Under the pieces are notes generated by a model that worked only from the letters and a program-made list of their open reading frames with translations, had not been told where the DNA came from and searched no databases. Shown one piece after another: positions 37,991 through 47,550 of a stretch of 64,000 bases of DNA. A program made the translations under genes and the position numbers. The stretch is from Actinomycetes bacterium (GTDB lineage Bacteria; Actinomycetota; Acidimicrobiia; Acidimicrobiales; RAAP-2): assembly GCA_021791895.1 (NCBI GenBank), contig JAJYVS010000005.1, positions 16,002 through 80,001 on the forward strand, in the 5' to 3' direction. The number at the start of each line of letters is the position of its first letter. Within the stretch, counting starts at the first letter, position 1.

Positions 37991-38129
37991 ACGTCGGCAC
38001 CTCGGGTCCGCAGTGTCGTATCGGGGGGTGCGCCGGTCGTCGCGGGTGGCCGTGGACAGGCCGTAGGCTTGCCCGCACCGATCGGCCCGGTCGGCGCGAC
38101 CACGACGAGAAGACCCCTTCGAGAGCCCG

Positions 38130-41100
38130 ATGTTTCGACCCATTCCCCCCGACGTCGACTTCGTGGCCCTCGAGAAGGACGAGCTGCTCCGGTGGTCGGA
38201 CCACGACGTGTTCGTCCGCTCGATCGCCCAGCGCGCCGACGCCACCCCGTGGATCTTCTACGAAGGACCGCCGACCGCCAACGGCAAGCCCGGGATCCAC
38301 CATGTGTGGACCCGCGTCTACAAGGACCTGTTCTGCCGGTTCCGGACCATGCGCGGCCACCGGGTCGACCGCCGGGCCGGGTGGGACACCCACGGCCTCC
38401 CGGTCGAGGTCGAGGTCGAGAAGCGCCTCGGCATCAGCGGGAAACGCCAGATCGAAGAGGAGGTGGGGGTCGCCGAGTTCGTCCGCCTGTGCCGGGAGTC
38501 GGTGTACGCCTATGTCGAGGACTGGCGGGAGGTCACCGTCCGGATCGGCTACTGGGTCGACCTCGACGACGCCTACTGGACGCTCGACCCCCACTACGTG
38601 GAGTCGGTGTGGTGGCATCTCCGCCAGCTCTACGACCAGGGCCTCTTGTACGAGGACATCAAGGTGGTGCCGTACTGCCCACGGTGCGGCACCGGGCTCT
38701 CGAGCCACGAGCTCGGCCAGCCCGAGGTGTACCGAGACGAGGAGGACGAGAGCGCGTTCGTCCGGCTCCCCCTCGTGGACCCCGACCCGGCGCGGCTCGC
38801 CGGCGCGACCTCGCTCCTCGTGTGGACGACCACGCCGTGGACCCTGCCGGCCAACACCGGGGTGGCGGTCAACCCCGAGCTCACCTACGCAGTGGTCGAC
38901 GGGATGGTCGTGGCCGAGGACCTGGTCGGAGAGGTCATGGGTCCGTCGGCGGTGGTCGCCGGGCGGCTCGGCGGCGCTGAGCTGGTCGGGCTCCGCTACA
39001 CCCGGCCCCTCGACATGGTTGAAGTCGACCCGGGTGACGACGGCTGGCGGGTGATCGCCGGCGACTTCGTGACCACCGAGGAGGGCACCGGGCTGGTGCA
39101 CCTGGCGCCGGCGTTCGGCGAGATCGACCGCCAGGCCGGCCGGCAGAACGGGCTCCCGGTCCTCAACCCGGTGGGGCCCGACGGCCGGTTCACCGCCGCC
39201 GCCGCCTGGCTCGCCGGGCGTGAAGTGCGCGACGCCAACCACGACATCAACGACGCGCTGGAGGCGAGCGGGCTGCTCTGGCGCCGGATGCCCTACGTGC
39301 ACTCGTACCCGCACTGCTGGCGCTGCCGCACCCCACTCATCTACTGGGGCAAGCCCAGCTGGTACGTGGCCACCGCCAGCCGCAAGGACGACCTGGTGGC
39401 GGCGAACCAGACCATCGACTGGCACCCGGCCTACATCCGAGACGGCCGGTTCGGCGAGTGGCTGGCCAACAACGTCGACTGGGCGCTGTCCCGGGACCGG
39501 TACTGGGGCACCCCGTTGCCGATCTGGCGCTGCGAGGTCGGCCACGTCACCTGCATCGGCTCGCTGGCCGAGCTCTCCGGACTGGTGGGGAGCGACCTGT
39601 CGGGCCTCGATCCCCACCGGCCGGCCATCGACGAGGTCATCTTCGACTGTCCGGCCTGCGCGGAGGACGGCGGGCCCCGAACGGCCAGGCGGATCGAGCC
39701 GGTGATCGACGCCTGGTTCGACTCCGGCTCGATGCCGGCGGCCCAGGTCGGCTACCCCCACCGGCCGGGATCGGCCGAGCTGTTCCGCTTCCCGGCCGAC
39801 TTCATCTCCGAGGCGATCGACCAGACCCGGGGGTGGTTCTACTCCCTCCTCGCCGTCAACACCTTGGTCTTCGGGTCCTCCCCGTACCGCCACGTCGTCT
39901 GCCTGGGGCACATCGTCGACGCCCAGGGCCGCAAGGCCTCCAAGTCGCTTGGCAACGTGTTCGACCCCTGGGAGGTGCTCGACAGCCGGGGGGCGGACCC
40001 CATGCGGTGGTGGATGTTCAGCCAGGGCTCGCCGTGGACCCCGACCCAGGCCGGGCTGCCGGCCATCGACGTCGCCACTCGCGAGACCCTCCTCACGCTG
40101 TGGAACACCTTCAGCTTCTTCACCACCTACGCGGCCGCCAACGGGTTCCGGCCTGACGACCCGCTGATCCCCGCGCCGAAGGACCGGCCGGAGCTCGACC
40201 GCTGGCTGCTGTCCCGGCTCGCCACCTCGAGCGCCGAGGTCACCGACGCGCTCGACCGCTACGACCCCTACCGGGCGGCCACCGCGTTCGCCCGGCTGAT
40301 CGACGAGATCTCCAACTGGTACGTGCGCCGGAGCCGCCGCCGCTTCTGGCACACCGATCCCGACGCCCCGGCCGGCGACACCTTGTCGGCCCACGCGACC
40401 CTGCTCGAGACGTTGACCACGGTGGCCCTACTGTTGGCGCCGTTCTGCCCGTTCCTGGCCGACTTCTTGTGGCGGGAGCTCACCTTGGCCGGCGAGGACG
40501 CCTCGGTTCACCTGGCCGACTGGCCGACGGTCGAGCCCACCCGCATCGATCCGGTCTTGGAGGCCCAGATGGCCCAGGCCCGGCGTCTCGCCTCGCTCGG
40601 CCGGGCGGCCCGCAGCGAGGCCGGCGTCAAGGTGCGCCAGCCCCTGGCCCGGGCCCTCGTCCTCCTGCCCCCCGAGGCCCCGGAGCTCCTGGCCGAGGTG
40701 GTCGCCGACGAGTTGAACGTCGACCGGGTCGAGATCGCCGCCGAGCTCGAGGAGCTGATCGACGTTGTGCTAGTCCCCAACTTCCGGGTGCTCGGGCCCA
40801 AGCTCAAGGCCAAGGCCCAGGAGGCCAAGGCCGCCCTGGCCGCCCTCGACGCGGCAGCGGCGGCCGCATCGCTCGAGGCCGGACAGCCGATCCGGATCAC
40901 CCTCGGCGACGAGGAGGTGGAGATCGACCCGGGCGACGTCGAGTTCCAGGTGCGCGCCCGGGAGGGCTACGCGGTGTCCCGGGAGGGCAACGAGGTGGTC
41001 GCGCTCGACGTCGCGTTGGACGAGGACCTGCTCGCCCGGGGCATGCTCCGGGACCTGATCCGTCAGGTGCAGGACCTCCGCCGGGAGGCCGGCCTTGAGG

Positions 41101-41273
41101 TGGCCGACCGCATCCGGCTGACCCTCGAGGGGGCGGGAGCGCTCCGGGGGTTCTTCGCCCAGCTGGCCCGGGAGGTGCTGGCGGTGGAGGTCGTCGAGGG
41201 AGAGGGCGAGGGACCCGGCTCACCGGTCGAGCTCGGTGCCGAGACCCGGCGGGCGTGGATCGAGCGCGCGTAG
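38130..41273 (+). CDS. ileS: Isoleucine--tRNA ligase, type 2
   Basis: EGPPTANG, GWDTHGLP, WTTTPWTL, GTGLVH, DWALSRDRYWGTP, EAIDQTRGWF, ISNWYVRRSRRRFW and KVRQPL (IleRS2 C-terminus). Confidence 0.96.
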   Translation: MFRPIPPDVDFVALEKDELLRWSDHDVFVRSIAQRADATPWIFYEGPPTANGKPGIHHVWTRVYKDLFCRFRTMRGHRVDRRAGWDTHGLPVEVEVEKRLGISGKRQIEEEVGVAEFVRLCRESVYAYVEDWREVTVRIGYWVDLDDAYWTLDPHYVESVWWHLRQLYDQGLLYEDIKVVPYCPRCGTGLSSHELGQPEVYRDEEDESAFVRLPLVDPDPARLAGATSLLVWTTTPWTLPANTGVAVNPELTYAVVDGMVVAEDLVGEVMGPSAVVAGRLGGAELVGLRYTRPLDMVEVDPGDDGWRVIAGDFVTTEEGTGLVHLAPAFGEIDRQAGRQNGLPVLNPVGPDGRFTAAAAWLAGREVRDANHDINDALEASGLLWRRMPYVHSYPHCWRCRTPLIYWGKPSWYVATASRKDDLVAANQTIDWHPAYIRDGRFGEWLANNVDWALSRDRYWGTPLPIWRCEVGHVTCIGSLAELSGLVGSDLSGLDPHRPAIDEVIFDCPACAEDGGPRTARRIEPVIDAWFDSGSMPAAQVGYPHRPGSAELFRFPADFISEAIDQTRGWFYSLLAVNTLVFGSSPYRHVVCLGHIVDAQGRKASKSLGNVFDPWEVLDSRGADPMRWWMFSQGSPWTPTQAGLPAIDVATRETLLTLWNTFSFFTTYAAANGFRPDDPLIPAPKDRPELDRWLLSRLATSSAEVTDALDRYDPYRAATAFARLIDEISNWYVRRSRRRFWHTDPDAPAGDTLSAHATLLETLTTVALLLAPFCPFLADFLWRELTLAGEDASVHLADWPTVEPTRIDPVLEAQMAQARRLASLGRAARSEAGVKVRQPLARALVLLPPEAPELLAEVVADELNVDRVEIAAELEELIDVVLVPNFRVLGPKLKAKAQEAKAALAALDAAAAAASLEAGQPIRITLGDEEVEIDPGDVEFQVRAREGYAVSREGNEVVALDVALDEDLLARGMLRDLIRQVQDLRREAGLEVADRIRLTLEGAGALRGFFAQLAREVLAVEVVEGEGEGPGSPVELGAETRRAWIERA

Positions 41274-41366
41274 CGCCTGTTCCCCCGGGTCGGCGGACCG
41301 TGACGCTATCTTGAGCGCCGCCGCGGCCCGGACGGGGAACCTGAGCCGGGGGACGGGGGAGCTTCG

Positions 41367-42401
41367 ATGACGATCTTCGACGACGACGTGGCCGAGGAGT
41401 CGGCCGGCGACCCCGAGCCCGAGAGCCCGCCCGAGGCGCCCGACGGGACTCCGGAGGAGCGGGGGGTCCCCCGCAAGATCCTGTCGGTCCTCGTGAGCCC
41501 GCTGCGGGTGCTGGTGCGCTTCCCACGGGTGACCATCGAGGCCGTCCTGACGGTGGCGGCGACGCTGGCCGGCGTGCTGATCCTCCCGTCGTTGGCCGCG
41601 GCCGGACCAGGCCCGGCGCCGATCACCGGGTTCGTGCTCATCCGGCCGAGCAACGTCCCCGCGTACCTCCTCTACGACGTCTACAACGGGGGGGAGACGG
41701 TGGTGGTCGGGATGGACACCAACGTGCGGGTCAACTGGGAGCTGGTCATCGTCTACGACGCCCAGGACTCGCTCGTCAACCGTTCGACGCGCAACGCGTC
41801 GTTCGGCCGGGCGCTCTCGGCGAAGTTCCTCGACGCGAGTCCCGGTGAAGTCGGGGTGCTGGTCCGCGGCACCGCCTATCCGGGGTTCCACTCGTTCTCG
41901 GAGTACCAGCGCGGCTACTTCTCGGTCTTCTCCACCCAGTTCAACCCCTATGCCACGCGCGGCAACAACGGGTTGCCCCAGGACGACTCCACCATCAACT
42001 TCAACGTGGACGGCCCGGTGCCGGTCGCCACCCAGTCGGGGGCGAACGAGGCCATCACCTTCCCGACCATCGTGACCAAGAGCGCCTCGGGGTCCTCGGC
42101 CCCGCCGGCCCCCTTCAACTCCGAGGTGTTCTACGACGCCGGGACCTACCAGAACCTGACCGGGGGGGCGACCATCCAGGGCGGGGTCTACTGGGACTGG
42201 TTCGACAACGGGCTCTTCCCCGGGACCGTGGCCACCGGCGTCGACAACGCCGTCCTCCAGGCCGAGCAGAACAAGACCTTCATCGCCGCGGCGATGTTCG
42301 GTCTCGCCGCCGCCGGTGCCGCCGGTCTCGCCCTCGAGATCGTCGACGTCTTCGAACGACGGCGGGATCTCCGCCGGGCGCTCCGCTCGGAAGAGACGTG
42401 A
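41367..42401 (+). CDS. Hypothetical membrane-anchored protein
   Basis: Host-like codon bias. N-terminal TM/signal segment, aromatic beta-rich middle, C-terminal TM followed by a basic tail. Confidence 0.7.
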   Translation: MTIFDDDVAEESAGDPEPESPPEAPDGTPEERGVPRKILSVLVSPLRVLVRFPRVTIEAVLTVAATLAGVLILPSLAAAGPGPAPITGFVLIRPSNVPAYLLYDVYNGGETVVVGMDTNVRVNWELVIVYDAQDSLVNRSTRNASFGRALSAKFLDASPGEVGVLVRGTAYPGFHSFSEYQRGYFSVFSTQFNPYATRGNNGLPQDDSTINFNVDGPVPVATQSGANEAITFPTIVTKSASGSSAPPAPFNSEVFYDAGTYQNLTGGATIQGGVYWDWFDNGLFPGTVATGVDNAVLQAEQNKTFIAAAMFGLAAAGAAGLALEIVDVFERRRDLRRALRSEET

Positions 42402-42422
42402 ACCTCGAGGTGCCGCGTCCGG

Positions 42423-44312
42423 TCAGCGCCTGGTGACCGCGACCTCGACCGCGAGCGCGTGGGCCGGTCCCCCGCCGACCACCGAGCCGCGCATGGGGGA
42501 CACGTCGGCGTAGTCCCGGCCCCAGGCGCAGGTGACGTGCTCGGCGCACCCCATCAGGTCGTTGGTCGGGTCGAGATCGAGCCAGCCCCAGCCGGGCAGG
42601 TAAATGGACACCCAGGCGTGCGAGGCGTCGGCCCCGGTCAACGGGTCGTCGGTCCCCCGGAAGCTCTCGATGTACCCGCTCACATAACGCGCCGCCAGGC
42701 CGACGGCGCGCAGGCACCCAACCGTCAGGTGGGCGAAGTCCTGGCACACCCCCCGGCGGGCGGCGAACACCTCGAGCAACGGGGTGGTCACCGAGGTGAA
42801 GCCAGGCTCGTAGGCGATGTCCCGGTGGATCCGCGCGCACAGGTCGCGCACCGCTTCGACGATCGGCCGGCCGGTCTCGAAGGACGGCTCGGCATAGGCG
42901 GCGATCGCCGGGGAGTGGGGCACGAGCCGTGACGGAGCCCGAAAGGCGCGGGCGGCCCGGGTTTCGGGCCGCCGGTCGCGTTCGAGCGTGTCCCGCACCG
43001 ACTCCCAGGGGGGGCCGGTCGGCAGTTCCGGGATGACCAGGAGCTCGACCACCGAGGTGGCGGTGACCGACAGCTCGGAGAACGGGCCGCCGACCAAGAA
43101 CGCCGTCACGTGGTTGCCCAGGGGGTCGTCGAAGTCGGTGCGGCCCGAGGGGGCCGGGTCGATGGCGATCGAGTGGCTGAGCACCCGCTGGCGGGCGGTC
43201 GTGCGGGGGTGCAGGTGGACCTCGTTGTGCGACTCCTCGGCCGGGGCGTCGTAGCGGTAGGTGGTCCGGTGGACCACCCGGTAGCGCCGCAGGACCTCGG
43301 GCGACCGGCCGGGTCCGGCCGGGCGGCCCGCGCTCGGTCTCGGACCGCCCGGCTCGGTCTCGGAGTCGGCGAAGAGGTCCGACTCGATGTGTGCGTGCAC
43401 CGCGCAGAGCTGTTCGACCAGGGTCCCGAGCAGCACCCGGAGCCCGCCCGGACCGATGTCGCCCACCGCCGCGCCCGACGCCAGCACGCAGGCGTCGCTG
43501 CAGGCCGCGAGGGCGTTCTCGTTCCTCGGCAGCTCCTTCAGGTGCTCGCGCACCTGGGCCAGGCTCGCCGTGACCGTCCGGGGGAAGGTCTCGTCCTGGA
43601 GGAGGAACCGGACCAACGAGTGGCCGGGCTGGCCGGCCGCCCGCCGGTACTGCTGGTAGGCGGCGAGCGAGCGGAGGACCGACATCGCCCGGACCCCGCC
43701 GTAGGGGTCGGCCGAGGCGTCGGCGAGGGCGTCCTCGGCCCGGACCGAGAGGAGGCGGCAGGTGAGGTCGGCCCGCTCGAGGTGCTGGCCGGTGCGGAAG
43801 ATCGCCATGACGTCGTCACGGCACATGGATCCCCACAGGGTGCCGTTGAGCCGGTCGCAGCCGGCGATCACCGCCCGCAGCCACCCCACCCGTAGGTCGC
43901 GGGTGCTCGACGCCTCGGCGTCGTCGGTTGCCGCTAACCACAGTGCGTTCGCCAGCTCCCAGGCCTCCCTCGGGATCACCGGGCGGTTGGAGCGGAACAC
44001 CTCGCGGACCCGGCCGAGCGTGGCCAGGATGCTCGCCGGGTTCATCGGCGAACTGAGCAGGAACGTGCCGACGGCGTCCTCGGGTGGTCCCGAGGGGGTG
44101 GCGAGCGTCGCGGCCAGCTCCGGATGGGACTGGGCGAACTCGGTCTCCAGGCCGGCCACCGCCAAGAGCGGGCGCCAGCCCACGTCCTCGCCGAGGGGGA
44201 GGTCCACGTGGGTGTCGGCGTGCACCAGCACGATCCGGGCCATGCCCTCGGCCCGCTCGAGGTATCGGCCCGCCCAGTAGAGCGCCTCGGCGCTGCGCGT
44301 GAGCAGGGTCAT
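42423..44312 (-). CDS. Alpha-E domain + transglutaminase-like domain fusion
   Basis: LYWAGRYLERAE and GQHLERAD (alpha-E ER motifs), YRVVHRTTYRY (transglutaminase N-domain), and the GVCQDFAH/SHAWV/DLDPTN triad. Confidence 0.87.
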   Translation of the reverse strand: MTLLTRSAEALYWAGRYLERAEGMARIVLVHADTHVDLPLGEDVGWRPLLAVAGLETEFAQSHPELAATLATPSGPPEDAVGTFLLSSPMNPASILATLGRVREVFRSNRPVIPREAWELANALWLAATDDAEASSTRDLRVGWLRAVIAGCDRLNGTLWGSMCRDDVMAIFRTGQHLERADLTCRLLSVRAEDALADASADPYGGVRAMSVLRSLAAYQQYRRAAGQPGHSLVRFLLQDETFPRTVTASLAQVREHLKELPRNENALAACSDACVLASGAAVGDIGPGGLRVLLGTLVEQLCAVHAHIESDLFADSETEPGGPRPSAGRPAGPGRSPEVLRRYRVVHRTTYRYDAPAEESHNEVHLHPRTTARQRVLSHSIAIDPAPSGRTDFDDPLGNHVTAFLVGGPFSELSVTATSVVELLVIPELPTGPPWESVRDTLERDRRPETRAARAFRAPSRLVPHSPAIAAYAEPSFETGRPIVEAVRDLCARIHRDIAYEPGFTSVTTPLLEVFAARRGVCQDFAHLTVGCLRAVGLAARYVSGYIESFRGTDDPLTGADASHAWVSIYLPGWGWLDLDPTNDLMGCAEHVTCAWGRDYADVSPMRGSVVGGGPAHALAVEVAVTRR

Positions 44313-44355
44313 CTGCCCGCCTCCAGCCGCTGCGCGGCGCTTCGAGGCCACGGCC

Positions 44356-45900
44356 TCACTGCGCCATCTCCACCCGTCTCGGCACCTCCGGACGGCTCCG
44401 TTCCGTGGGCCCAGCGGTGAGGGGGTCGCCGACCGCCCGGCACGGCTCGAGCTCGGGCAGGGTGAGCGTGGCGTCGACGACCCAGGTGTCCTTGCTCCCA
44501 CCGCCCTGGGACGAGTTGACGAGCAGGGAGCCCTCGGGTCTCGCCACCCGGGTCAGGCCCCCGGGGGTGACATAGGAGGTGTCCGGTCCGGAAAGGCAGA
44601 ACGGGCGGAGATCGACGTGGCGGGGCCGGAGGTCCCCGTCCACCAGGGTCGGCACGGTCGAGAGGGAGAGCAGGGGCTGGGCGACCCATCCGGCCGGGTG
44701 TTGCTCGATCCGGCGGGCCACGTGGGCGAGCGCCTCGGGCCCGGCCGTCGGCCCGAAGACGACCCCGTAACCCCCCGACTCGTTCGCCGGCTTGACCACC
44801 AGGGACGCCAGGTTGGCCAGCACATGGCGCCGGGCCGCCTCGTCGGCACATCGCCAGGTCGGGACGTTGCGCAGGATCGGCTCCTCGGCAAGGTAGAAGT
44901 GGATCATCGCCGGCACGAGTGGGTAGGCCCCCTTGTCGTCGGCGACCCCGGTGCCCGGCGCGTTGACCAGGGCCAGGTTGCCGGCGACCCAGGCCCGCAT
45001 GAGGCCCGGGGTCCCGACGAGCGAATCGCGCCGGAACACCTCGGGGTCCAGGTACCGGTCGTCGATCCGCCGGTAGACGACGTCGACGCGTTCGGGGCCG
45101 TCGATCGTCTTGACATACGCCACGTCGTCGGAGGACACGAACAGGTCCGCGCCCTCCACGAGGTCGACCCCCAGCTGCTGGGCCAAGAAGGCGTGTTCGA
45201 AGTAGGCCGAGTTGTGGGCCCCGGGGGTGAGGACGACCACCCGGGGCTCGGTCGACCACGGGGCGAGCGAGGTCAGGAGCCGCCGCAGGACCCCGACGTA
45301 GTGGTCGACCGGTTGGACGCTGTAGGAGCGGAACAACTCGGCGAACACCTGCTTGGCCAGCACCCGGTTCTCCAGCATGTAGGCCACCCCCGAGGGGACC
45401 CGCAGGTTGTCCTCGAGGACGTAGAGCTCGCCATCGCGGTCTCGGACGATGTCGCTCCCGCAGATGTGGGCCCACATCCCCCCGGGGACCTCGACCCCGA
45501 CGCACTCGGGCCGGAAGTTGGGCGAGCCGGTCGCCAGCTCGGTCGGCACGATCCCGGCCCGGACGATGAGCTGGTCGTGGTACAGGTCGTCGATGAAGTG
45601 GTTGAGGGCCCGCAGGCGTTGGGCGAGACCGGCTTCCACCCGGGACCACTCGGTCCCGTCGACGAGGCGCGGCACCAGGTCGAAGGGCCAGGCGCGCTCG
45701 CCCGATCGGTCCTCGTCGGTCCCGAAGCTGAGGCCGGCCGACCGGATCTCGTCGTCGGCCCGGTCCTGGCGCTGTGCGAGCGCGGTGGTCCCGAGCGCGC
45801 TCAGATGGCGCCACAGCGGCGCGGCCAACGGACGGGGCCGCCCGTCGTGATCCACCAGTTCGTCGTAGCTCCCGACCGGGAGATATCGGATCTCCCCCAC
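44356..45900 (-). CDS. Circularly permuted type-2 ATP-grasp protein
   Basis: VLEDNLRVPSGVAY, NSAYFEH, YRRIDD, GTGVADDK, VVKPANESGGYG, HVDLRP and VNSSQGGGSKDTWV. Confidence 0.92.
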   Translation of the reverse strand: MGEIRYLPVGSYDELVDHDGRPRPLAAPLWRHLSALGTTALAQRQDRADDEIRSAGLSFGTDEDRSGERAWPFDLVPRLVDGTEWSRVEAGLAQRLRALNHFIDDLYHDQLIVRAGIVPTELATGSPNFRPECVGVEVPGGMWAHICGSDIVRDRDGELYVLEDNLRVPSGVAYMLENRVLAKQVFAELFRSYSVQPVDHYVGVLRRLLTSLAPWSTEPRVVVLTPGAHNSAYFEHAFLAQQLGVDLVEGADLFVSSDDVAYVKTIDGPERVDVVYRRIDDRYLDPEVFRRDSLVGTPGLMRAWVAGNLALVNAPGTGVADDKGAYPLVPAMIHFYLAEEPILRNVPTWRCADEAARRHVLANLASLVVKPANESGGYGVVFGPTAGPEALAHVARRIEQHPAGWVAQPLLSLSTVPTLVDGDLRPRHVDLRPFCLSGPDTSYVTPGGLTRVARPEGSLLVNSSQGGGSKDTWVVDATLTLPELEPCRAVGDPLTAGPTERSRPEVPRRVEMAQ

Positions 45901-45922
45901 CCCCTCGGATATATCGGAGGGG
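45901..45922. promoter_or_regulatory. Inverted repeat abutting the ATP-grasp start codon (candidate operator)
   Basis: CCCCTCGGAT-AT-ATCGGAGGGG; 9 of 10 arm positions match, with an AT-rich core. Confidence 0.45.
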
Positions 45923-45956
45923 TGAGTCCGGGGGATTGCCTGGGCGTTTCGGCACT

Positions 45957-46145
45957 GTGAATCCGTCGTCTTTGCGCCGCCGGCCGGTGCGTGGCCGCGC
46001 CGCTTGGCGGGCCGGTAAGGTCAAGGTGATGGCGGAGCGAGCCCGCAAGCTGGTCAAGCCGATCGCCGCCGTGCTCGGCCTCTTGGCCACGATGGCCAGC
46101 ATCTGGTGGTTCGCGCTCAAGCCGAGACGCAAGTCCGAGGACTGA
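45957..46145 (+). CDS. Small basic single-pass membrane protein
   Basis: ...RARKLVKPIAAVLGLLATMASIWWFALKPRRKSED*. Start uncertain (45957 or 46029). Confidence 0.5.
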   Translation: MNPSSLRRRPVRGRAAWRAGKVKVMAERARKLVKPIAAVLGLLATMASIWWFALKPRRKSED

Positions 46146-46179
46146 GCCCGGCGCCGCTGCGCGGGGGGAACGAGGCGCA

Positions 46180-47544
46180 ATGGCCTTCACCACGCTGAAC
46201 CCGGCGACAGGAAAGGTCGAGGCGGAGTTCGAGCCGCACGCTCCGGCGCAGATCGAGGAACGGCTCGCGCTGGCGGCCAGGACCTTCTCCTCCTATCGCT
46301 CGACGAGTTTCAGCGACCGCGCCGGCTGGATGCGGGCGGCCGCCGACCTCTACGACGCCGAACAGCCGGACATCGCGCGGGTGCTGACCACCGAGATGGG
46401 GAAGACCTTCGCGGCGGCCAAAGGGGAGGTGGCCAAGTGCGCGATGTGCCTGCGCTGGTACGCCGATCGGGCCGAAGCGCTGCTCGCCGACGAGATGGTC
46501 GAGTCCCCGGCCGGCCGCTCCTTCGTCCGTTACCAGCCGCTCGGTCCGGTGCTCGCCGTCATGCCCTGGAACTTCCCCTTGTGGCAGGTCGTGCGGTTCG
46601 CGGCCCCGGCACTCATGGCTGGCAACGTCGGCCTCCTCAAGCACGCGTCGAACGTGCCCCAGTCGGCCCTGTTGATCGAGGACCTGTTCCGCCGGGCCGG
46701 GTTCCCCGACGGGGCCTTCTCCACGCTGCTCGTGTCGGCGGCCGAGGTGGCCAAGATCATCGAGGACGACCGGGTCGTGGCGGTGACGTTGACCGGGAGC
46801 GGGGCCGCCGGGCGCAGCGTCGCCGCGGCGGCGGGCGCGGCGTTGAAAAAGTGCGTCCTCGAGCTCGGGGGCTCAGACCCGTTTCTCGTCCTGTCCTCGG
46901 CCGACCTCGACCGGGCGGTCGACGTCGCGGTGCAGGCCCGGGTGCAGAACAACGGCCAGTCCTGCATCGCGGCGAAGCGGTTCGTCGTGGTCGACGCCGT
47001 CGCGGGCGAGTTCGTCCCCCGGTTCGCCGACGCCATGGCGGCCCTGTCGGTGGGGGACCCCTTCGACTCGGCGACCGACGTCGGTCCGCTGGTCTCGGAG
47101 GCTCAACGAACGGAGGTCGCGGCCCAGGTCGACGACGCCCGGGCCAAGGGTGCCGTCGTGGTCTGCGGCGGCGAGACGCTGCCCGGCGACGGCTGGTACT
47201 ACCAGCCGACGGTGCTGACCGAGGTCGGCCCGGGGATGCGGGCCTACGACGAGGAGGTGTTCGGGCCGGTCGCCGTGGTCGAGCCGGTCGCCGACCTCGA
47301 CGAGGCGATCCGGGTGGCCAACCGGACCAGCTTCGGGCTCGGCTCGAGCGTGTGGACCCGGGACCCCGAGGAGCAGCGACGCTGCATTGAGGAACTCGCA
47401 GCCGGGATGGTCTTCGTCAACGCCATGGTGGCCTCGACCCCCGAGCTCCCCTTCGGCGGGATCAAGCGCTCGGGGTTCGGGCGCGAGCTGTCCAACCTCG
47501 GCATCAAGGAGTTCTGCAACGCCAAGGCCGTTCGGGTGGCCTGA
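46180..47544 (+). CDS. NAD(P)-dependent succinate-semialdehyde dehydrogenase family aldehyde dehydrogenase
   Basis: MPWNFPLWQ, LKHASN, LELGGSDP, NNGQSCIAAKR and EEVFGP. Confidence 0.9.
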   Translation: MAFTTLNPATGKVEAEFEPHAPAQIEERLALAARTFSSYRSTSFSDRAGWMRAAADLYDAEQPDIARVLTTEMGKTFAAAKGEVAKCAMCLRWYADRAEALLADEMVESPAGRSFVRYQPLGPVLAVMPWNFPLWQVVRFAAPALMAGNVGLLKHASNVPQSALLIEDLFRRAGFPDGAFSTLLVSAAEVAKIIEDDRVVAVTLTGSGAAGRSVAAAAGAALKKCVLELGGSDPFLVLSSADLDRAVDVAVQARVQNNGQSCIAAKRFVVVDAVAGEFVPRFADAMAALSVGDPFDSATDVGPLVSEAQRTEVAAQVDDARAKGAVVVCGGETLPGDGWYYQPTVLTEVGPGMRAYDEEVFGPVAVVEPVADLDEAIRVANRTSFGLGSSVWTRDPEEQRRCIEELAAGMVFVNAMVASTPELPFGGIKRSGFGRELSNLGIKEFCNAKAVRVA

Positions 47545-47550
47545 GCGCCC

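Noticed and set aside
37991..38129. T-box riboswitch expected upstream of actinobacterial ileS
   Set aside because: No UGGNACC T-box sequence or specifier stem. A TAGGCT -10 at 38064 leaves only a ~55-nt leader.
37155..40394. 1079-aa minus-strand ORF and other long antisense or alternate-frame ORFs (e.g. 1116-3158, 25097-26923, 50801-53233)
   Set aside because: These are shadows of real genes, caused by stop-codon scarcity in high-GC DNA. They have no recognisable motifs.
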